Assembly: GCA_016839785.1 (NCBI GenBank)
Contig: JAEOTQ010000041.1
Coordinates: forward strand, 1 to 21,482
DNA length: 21,482 nt
Direction: 5' to 3'
Source of the DNA: Candidatus Hodarchaeota archaeon
Lineage (GTDB): Archaea > Asgardarchaeota > Heimdallarchaeia > Hodarchaeales > Hodarchaeaceae
Shown: one piece after another, positions 17,085 through 21,482 of the stretch
Layout of the letters: the number at the start of each line of letters is the position of its first letter
How positions within the stretch are numbered: the stretch's first letter is position 1
Program-made: the position numbers and the translations under genes
Notes under the pieces: model-generated
Databases searched by the model: none
Seen by the model: the letters and a program-made list of their open reading frames with translations, nothing else
What the model was told of the DNA's origin: nothing

Positions 17085-17378
17085 TCAGTACTGGGCCTTC
17101 AAGTGCTCTGGGCGTGTTATGATTTTTTTAAAGCTTTTTCCATCTGTAACACGTACGACATATGCTTGACCACGTTTTTCTAAGACAATTCCTGTTTTGC
17201 CATGAAATCTTCTATGTGGACGACTTTTTTGGACGCTAGGTTCGATAACAATATTAACCTTAGAATTTATTTCATACTCCGCTAAAGTACGGGATAGAGA
17301 TGGCAAACCTCTTTTTCGTGGATGTTTTGAAAAGATTCTTCGTGTGCGAAAGTTAGTACCCTTTGATTTTCTGACCAT
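17085..17378 (-). CDS. rpl21e: 50S ribosomal protein L21e; ORF open to TTG 17393
   Basis: 'MVRKSKG..FRTR', 'IEPSVQKSRPHRRFHGKTG', 'RPEHLK'. Confidence 0.96.
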   Translation of the reverse strand: MVRKSKGTNFRTRRIFSKHPRKRGLPSLSRTLAEYEINSKVNIVIEPSVQKSRPHRRFHGKTGIVLEKRGQAYVVRVTDGKSFKKIITRPEHLKAQY

Positions 17379-17437
17379 CTTGGTATGCCCCAAATTTTCC
17401 GAGCATTCCTATGCAATTAACTTACATTGAAGTACTC

Positions 17438-17450
17438 TTATAGGCTTTAA
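17438..17450 (-). promoter_or_regulatory. Putative BRE/TATA promoter for rpl21e-rpoF
   Basis: Minus strand TTAAAGCCTATAA about 60 nt upstream of the ATG. The motif recurs at 5497-5510 and 16436-16446. Confidence 0.4.
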
Positions 17451-17649
17451 AGACTAAAGGAAGGAGTTTCACAAGACTATTTTTGACTTTCTAATATATC
17501 TGGGATTAACGTGATTAAGAATTACAAGAATCTAAATCCATTTAAACATGAAGTAAGAAGGAAATTCTGGAATAAACCAGAAATGGTGATAATTTCTGAA
17601 TATAAATTTATTTTTCAAAGACAGAATCAATGGTTCATCGATTTTTGGA

Positions 17650-19041
17650 TTAGATAGGATCTGTACTCTTAAATACTTCAATAACATCTAATTCTTTTAC
17701 TACTGCAGGGACTCCCAATTTTTCAGAAAAATTCGGCTGAGTTCGTCCTTGGTCTCCACTAATCAGTTCTTTTACATATAATCCTCCCTCACAAACTAGA
17801 TATACGGTGAGTTCGTCCTTAGCTACGTTTTCTATCGTAAAGGAAGAAACTTTACGTGTTCTAATTTTATCCGCTCTTCGATGTGCAACCCTAATTGGTG
17901 TTCGTTGTTGGATCAGTGAATTGGTAAATTCCTCAGACACTCTCTCAAGAAGTGAATGATCATCTGGTAAGGATTTTTCTAAAGATACTACTGCTCTATA
18001 AGCTTTTGCATTTCTACTGGAACGAGTTTTAATTTCCCGAACTTTAGTCCTAGTAGTTAACCCTTCAATCGTAACCTCAACCTTACCTTTTGAGTTTTCA
18101 GCAATCTGTTTAGTTATAGTAGAAAAGTCGAGATTTCTGATCTTAGGTTCAGAAATTTCAATTACGAATGGTCTTCCTGTCCCTAACATACGGGCATCGA
18201 TATCTTCTCTTCCCGAACCATGAAATTTACTTGAAATTCCTTTTGCTGCTTCAAAAAATGGTGTAGTAGTGTACTCTTCAACTGATTCTTGGTACATTTT
18301 CCCTGTAAAGTTACAATGATTACATCCCACCCCTCGACATTTTCGACAGAACCATTTTGATTGAGGAATACCTCGTTCTAACTTCTTATATCTCCCTAGG
18401 ATGAAAAGAGGATTACTCTTAATATCAATTTCGTTATGAATTAAATCGAAAGTAAAGACAATATCAGGCGCCTTAAAATCAACGGTAGCTTCAGGAATTA
18501 ATATGGAAAGAATTTTCCCAAGCTCACGGTTAAAATCAGATTTAATAGATTCCCCATATTCAAGATTAAATGTACTACGAATAATATCTTCACTATCAAT
18601 TACGTTGGGAGGAAATTGAGAGCCAACCAAAAAAGTAGAAAATTCGTACTCACTTACTAGATCACATGCTTCCCTAGCTAGGATTTCTAGAAAAGGAATG
18701 GAGAGAAAATCTTGACAAATTGTACAGGGTAGAGAATTTGCCTCTGCTTCGGGGAAATAACGACGAACTGATTGTTCTCCTACCAAAAAATCTTTTGACA
18801 TAAGAGATGAAATAGTTTCACGGTCAGTTTTAGCTTGACGATGGCTGATTTCCCATTCCATTGCAAGAAATATCTTTAAAGCAGATCCACGTTCTGCATT
18901 CGATAACCCAGTTAACAAATTACCGAATTGTCTACCTAAGCATGAATTACAGACATGATGTTTCTCAATAAACGGTAAGACTGTAGTGAACAGATATGAT
19001 TCCATTTTAATAACCCTTCTTCCTATTCCAAGGAAATCCAT
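17650..19041 (-). CDS. pus10: tRNA pseudouridine(54/55) synthase Pus10 (start may be ATG 19005)
   Basis: 'CNSCLGRQF', THUMP region, 'GRYKKLERGIPQSKW', catalytic 'GSGREDIDARMLGTGRPF', 'QRTPIRVAHRR', 'GLYVKELISGDQGRTQP'. Confidence 0.96.
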   Translation of the reverse strand: MDFLGIGRRVIKMESYLFTTVLPFIEKHHVCNSCLGRQFGNLLTGLSNAERGSALKIFLAMEWEISHRQAKTDRETISSLMSKDFLVGEQSVRRYFPEAEANSLPCTICQDFLSIPFLEILAREACDLVSEYEFSTFLVGSQFPPNVIDSEDIIRSTFNLEYGESIKSDFNRELGKILSILIPEATVDFKAPDIVFTFDLIHNEIDIKSNPLFILGRYKKLERGIPQSKWFCRKCRGVGCNHCNFTGKMYQESVEEYTTTPFFEAAKGISSKFHGSGREDIDARMLGTGRPFVIEISEPKIRNLDFSTITKQIAENSKGKVEVTIEGLTTRTKVREIKTRSSRNAKAYRAVVSLEKSLPDDHSLLERVSEEFTNSLIQQRTPIRVAHRRADKIRTRKVSSFTIENVAKDELTVYLVCEGGLYVKELISGDQGRTQPNFSEKLGVPAVVKELDVIEVFKSTDPI

Positions 19042-19224
19042 TTTCCGTGAAATTTCCTCAAGTACAAAGGCTTGAAAGTCCAGTTTCGTGACGTTTCAAC
19101 TAATCAAGCCCTGTGAAAAAGAGCAATTATTTCTTTCGAGTTTTTACCCAGCTTCCGAAGAATATATTGCATCTAACTATCCTAAGTCTTATTGAACCTA
19201 GAATGTCCAGGGTGGTTACCAAAT

Positions 19225-19758
19225 ATGACTAGGAATTTTATAATTATATCCAATACTGTGGATACTTCAAAACCTCTTTCCATTAATTCATTAACAAGTT
19301 ATGGTAGATTGGATGTACTATGTAGATGTATATCAACGGCTTTTTTCCTTTCAAATGGGTTTCGTAAAGATGTTCTATTATATATCTATTTTACACTTGA
19401 CAAGAGCATTTTACAAATTGATGGGTCAACTGTACGAGGGATTAATCCTGACGAGCGCGCAATAGCTGGAATCCTGAAGCGTGTTTTTCAGGGTCTTCCG
19501 TTCCTAGGGATTCGTTTTTATACTGGAAATCTCGAAGAATTACTCGTTAATTATAAGCCAGTCATGTTAGATATCCATGGAGAGGGAAATCCAAGAAATA
19601 TTACTACTAGTCAATCCTTTCTTATAGGCGATCATTTGGGATATCCAATAGAGCATACTAATTTATTTTCCAAGTTAAAAAAAATATCTCTGGGGGCAAA
19701 TGAGTATTTAAGTTCGCAAACTATCACAGTTCTTAATTATATACTCGATCAAGACTAA
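19225..19758 (+). CDS. trmY: tRNA (pseudouridine54-N1)-methyltransferase TrmY; ORF open from TTG 19192
   Basis: 'GRLDVLCRC', 'FFLSNGFRKDV', 'INPDER', SPOUT 'FLIGDHLG', 'ISLG'. Adjacent to pus10. Confidence 0.92.
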   Translation: MTRNFIIISNTVDTSKPLSINSLTSYGRLDVLCRCISTAFFLSNGFRKDVLLYIYFTLDKSILQIDGSTVRGINPDERAIAGILKRVFQGLPFLGIRFYTGNLEELLVNYKPVMLDIHGEGNPRNITTSQSFLIGDHLGYPIEHTNLFSKLKKISLGANEYLSSQTITVLNYILDQD

Positions 19759-19879
19759 GCCAGTTTAATGAAGACAAATCTTATTCCTTTTGATAGGTAG
19801 TCAATATTAATCAGTAGTATAATAAACCAAAAAGGATATTTGTAATATTCACAAACATCTGAAATAAGAGGTACACAAC

Positions 19880-21241
19880 TTGCTTGATTCTCTAGGATCG
19901 TCATTGCGCAAAACGATTATGAAAATTCGTGGCGCCCCAATCGTTGATGAAAAATTAATAAATGAGCTAATGAAAGATCTAGAAAATGCATTATTGAGTG
20001 CAGATGTGAATTTAGATCTTGCTTTGAATATGTGTGATGAAGTACGCAATAAAGCTCTGAAAGACAATATTCCTATGGGATTAAGTCGACGTGATTATAC
20101 ATTAAAAGTCATCTATGATGAATTAACTAATCTCCTTGGAAAAAAACATGAGCCCCTACGTTTAAATCCCAATGAAAAATCGGTATTGCTACTTATAGGA
20201 ATCCAGGGATCTGGAAAAACAACAGCGATTGGCAAATTAGCTAATTATTTTCAAAAACGAGGATTTAAAATCGGGGTCATTGGTAGTGATACATTCCGCC
20301 CCGGAGCTCTGGCGCAACTTCAACAGAATTTAGCACCAATCAACGTTGAAGTATATGGAGATGAAAAAGAGAAAAAAGCCACTAATGTCATAAAGAAAGG
20401 ATTAAAGCATTTTGAGGACAAGAAAAACGTCAATCTCATCTTAATTGATACAACGGGACGACATAAAGAGGAAAAAGCCTTATTAAAAGAGATGCAATCC
20501 ATAGCCAAAGTTTCAAATCCATCTGAGATCATACTCGTTGTCGATGCTACTATTGGTCAACAGGCCCAAGCTCAAGCGGATGCATTCAACCGTGCCACAC
20601 CTTTAGGATCAATTATTTTAACTAAATTAGATGGATCAGCAAAAGGAGGAGGAGCAGTATCCGCTGTATCAGTTACTGGAGCGGTAATTCGCTTCTACGG
20701 AGATGGAGAAACAATTCAGGATCTGGAAGAGTTTAATCCTACTCGTTTTGTGGGTTCACTTCTAGGTATGGGTGATTTGGAAGGATTAGTTACCAGGGTA
20801 AACGAAGCTTTTGATGAAGAAGATACTGCAGAAATACGAGAAGCGTTCAAAAAAGGAAAAATTACGTTAAGGCATTTTCAAAAACAAATGGAGACAGCTA
20901 ATAAGCAATCTTCCATCGGAAAATTGGTTTCTAAAATTCCTGGCGTTAGCAGTATGATGGGTCAACAATCAGATGTGGAGGAAGAAAGTCAAAAAGGTAT
21001 GAAAAGATTTCTTGCGATATGTGGCTCAATGACAGATGAAGAACTCGATGATGCTCGAATAATAAAAGGAAAACGTATACAACGAATTGCTCGAGGGTCG
21101 GGTACTTCACCTCAAGAAGTAAAACAGTTATTAAAACAATTTAATCTAATGACAAAACAATTCAAAACCATGAGAAAAATGCGTGGACGACGTGGAGGAG
21201 CACCTGGTGGACTTCCCCCAGGTTTTGAAGGATTAATGTAA
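19880..21241 (+). CDS. srp54: Signal recognition particle protein SRP54
   Basis: 'ALLSADV', 'GIQGSGKTT', 'DTFRPGA', 'DTTGRH', 'TKLDGSAKGGGA', M-domain 'SMTDEEL...RIQRIARGSGT'. TTG start after GAGGT. Confidence 0.97.
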   Translation: MLDSLGSSLRKTIMKIRGAPIVDEKLINELMKDLENALLSADVNLDLALNMCDEVRNKALKDNIPMGLSRRDYTLKVIYDELTNLLGKKHEPLRLNPNEKSVLLLIGIQGSGKTTAIGKLANYFQKRGFKIGVIGSDTFRPGALAQLQQNLAPINVEVYGDEKEKKATNVIKKGLKHFEDKKNVNLILIDTTGRHKEEKALLKEMQSIAKVSNPSEIILVVDATIGQQAQAQADAFNRATPLGSIILTKLDGSAKGGGAVSAVSVTGAVIRFYGDGETIQDLEEFNPTRFVGSLLGMGDLEGLVTRVNEAFDEEDTAEIREAFKKGKITLRHFQKQMETANKQSSIGKLVSKIPGVSSMMGQQSDVEEESQKGMKRFLAICGSMTDEELDDARIIKGKRIQRIARGSGTSPQEVKQLLKQFNLMTKQFKTMRKMRGRRGGAPGGLPPGFEGLM

Positions 21242-21280
21242 TATTCTCAACAGCTACGTTTCCGAGAATTAATTGGGATA

Positions 21281-21381
21281 CGGGCGCAGAGGGATTTGAA
21301 CCCCCGGCCAACAGGTTTCTTTTGAATAGAATTAACTAAACATTAAAAGCCTGTCGCTCTACCTGGCTGAGCTATGCGCCC
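21281..21381 (-). tRNA. tRNA-Lys(UUU) with 27-nt canonical 37/38 intron (21317-21343)
   Basis: Acceptor GGGCGCA/TGCGCCC plus G; ACAGG-CT-TTT-A[intron]A-CCTGT; BHB with CTTT/AAAG central helix; GGGGG-TTCAAAT-CCCTC. Confidence 0.95.
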
Positions 21382-21390
21382 AGAAGATTA

Positions 21391-21482
21391 TGGCGCCCCG
21401 ATCGGGATTTGAACCCGAGTCGGATGGGATCTGCTGACTGTCAGACTTGACAAGTCTTTGACAGCCATCAATGCTAGACCAA
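21391..21482 (-). tRNA. tRNA-Asp(GUC), 5' end outside window, 30-nt 37/38 intron (21429-21458), CCA encoded
   Basis: GATGG-CT-GTC-A[intron]C-CCATC; TCGGG-TTCAAAT-CCCGA; 3' TCGGGGC-G-CCA; central helix CTGT/GCAG. Confidence 0.9.

Noticed and set aside
17394-17649. Gap between pus10 and rpl21e
   Set aside because: No ORF or repeat array seen. Only a promoter-like motif and weak AT-rich dyads.
19070-19112. Hammerhead-like minus-strand pattern TTGATTA...GAAAC
   Set aside because: The core is not CUGAnGA, the 3:8 pair is absent, and no stems I/III or cleavage triplet could be built.
15843-20532. ORFs 15843-16073, 19849-20067 and 20320-20532
   Set aside because: Antisense to the HD gene or srp54 with no supporting features.
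6936-21241. GTPase motif variants (Nog1 G4 GKAD, SRP54 G3 DTTG)
   Set aside because: Single substitutions with the key Lys/Asp and DxxG residues retained. Not enough to infer altered function.
1-21482. Integrated element bounded by tRNAs, CRISPR array, intein or selenoprotein read-through
   Set aside because: No integrase or transposase, no duplicated tRNA 3' end, no periodic repeats, proteins of normal length and no interrupted conserved frames. The content is housekeeping.

Overview
Gene-dense, AT-rich archaeal chromosomal segment with no mobile element, CRISPR array or rRNA visible. Archaeal markers are rpl21e, rpoF, Pus10, TrmY, SRP54, a Nog1 GTPase, A/V-ATPase subunit A and tRNA introns with bulge-helix-bulge (BHB) motifs. 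The mix of these with MutS1/MutL and a CdvA-like protein suggests an Asgard archaeon; this is inference only. Order: partial tRNA-Ser and tRNA-Leu(CAG); mutS-mutL; a short RecA-fold paralog; YqgF/RuvC-like protein, nadM, nog1, truA; a minus-strand atpA-psd-pssA-ahcY run; a CdvA-like coiled coil plus a stand-alone SWIM protein; DHH and HD hydrolases; tRNA-Pro(CGG) with two introns; rpoF, rpl21e, pus10; trmY; srp54; tRNA-Lys(UUU) and a partial tRNA-Asp(GUC), both with introns. Best leads: (1) an SWS1/ZSWIM7-like SWIM protein and a minimal RecA paralog that could form a proto-Shu recombination mediator, with the SWIM gene abutting a CdvA-like gene; (2) a tRNA-Pro split by D-loop and T-loop introns; (3) an atpA separated from the other ATPase subunits and placed in a phospholipid head-group operon; (4) a tRNA-Asp intron containing an anticodon-arm mimic; (5) a 10-nt near-duplication that displaces the ATG of the HD gene. 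All protein calls come from motif recognition; no searches were run.
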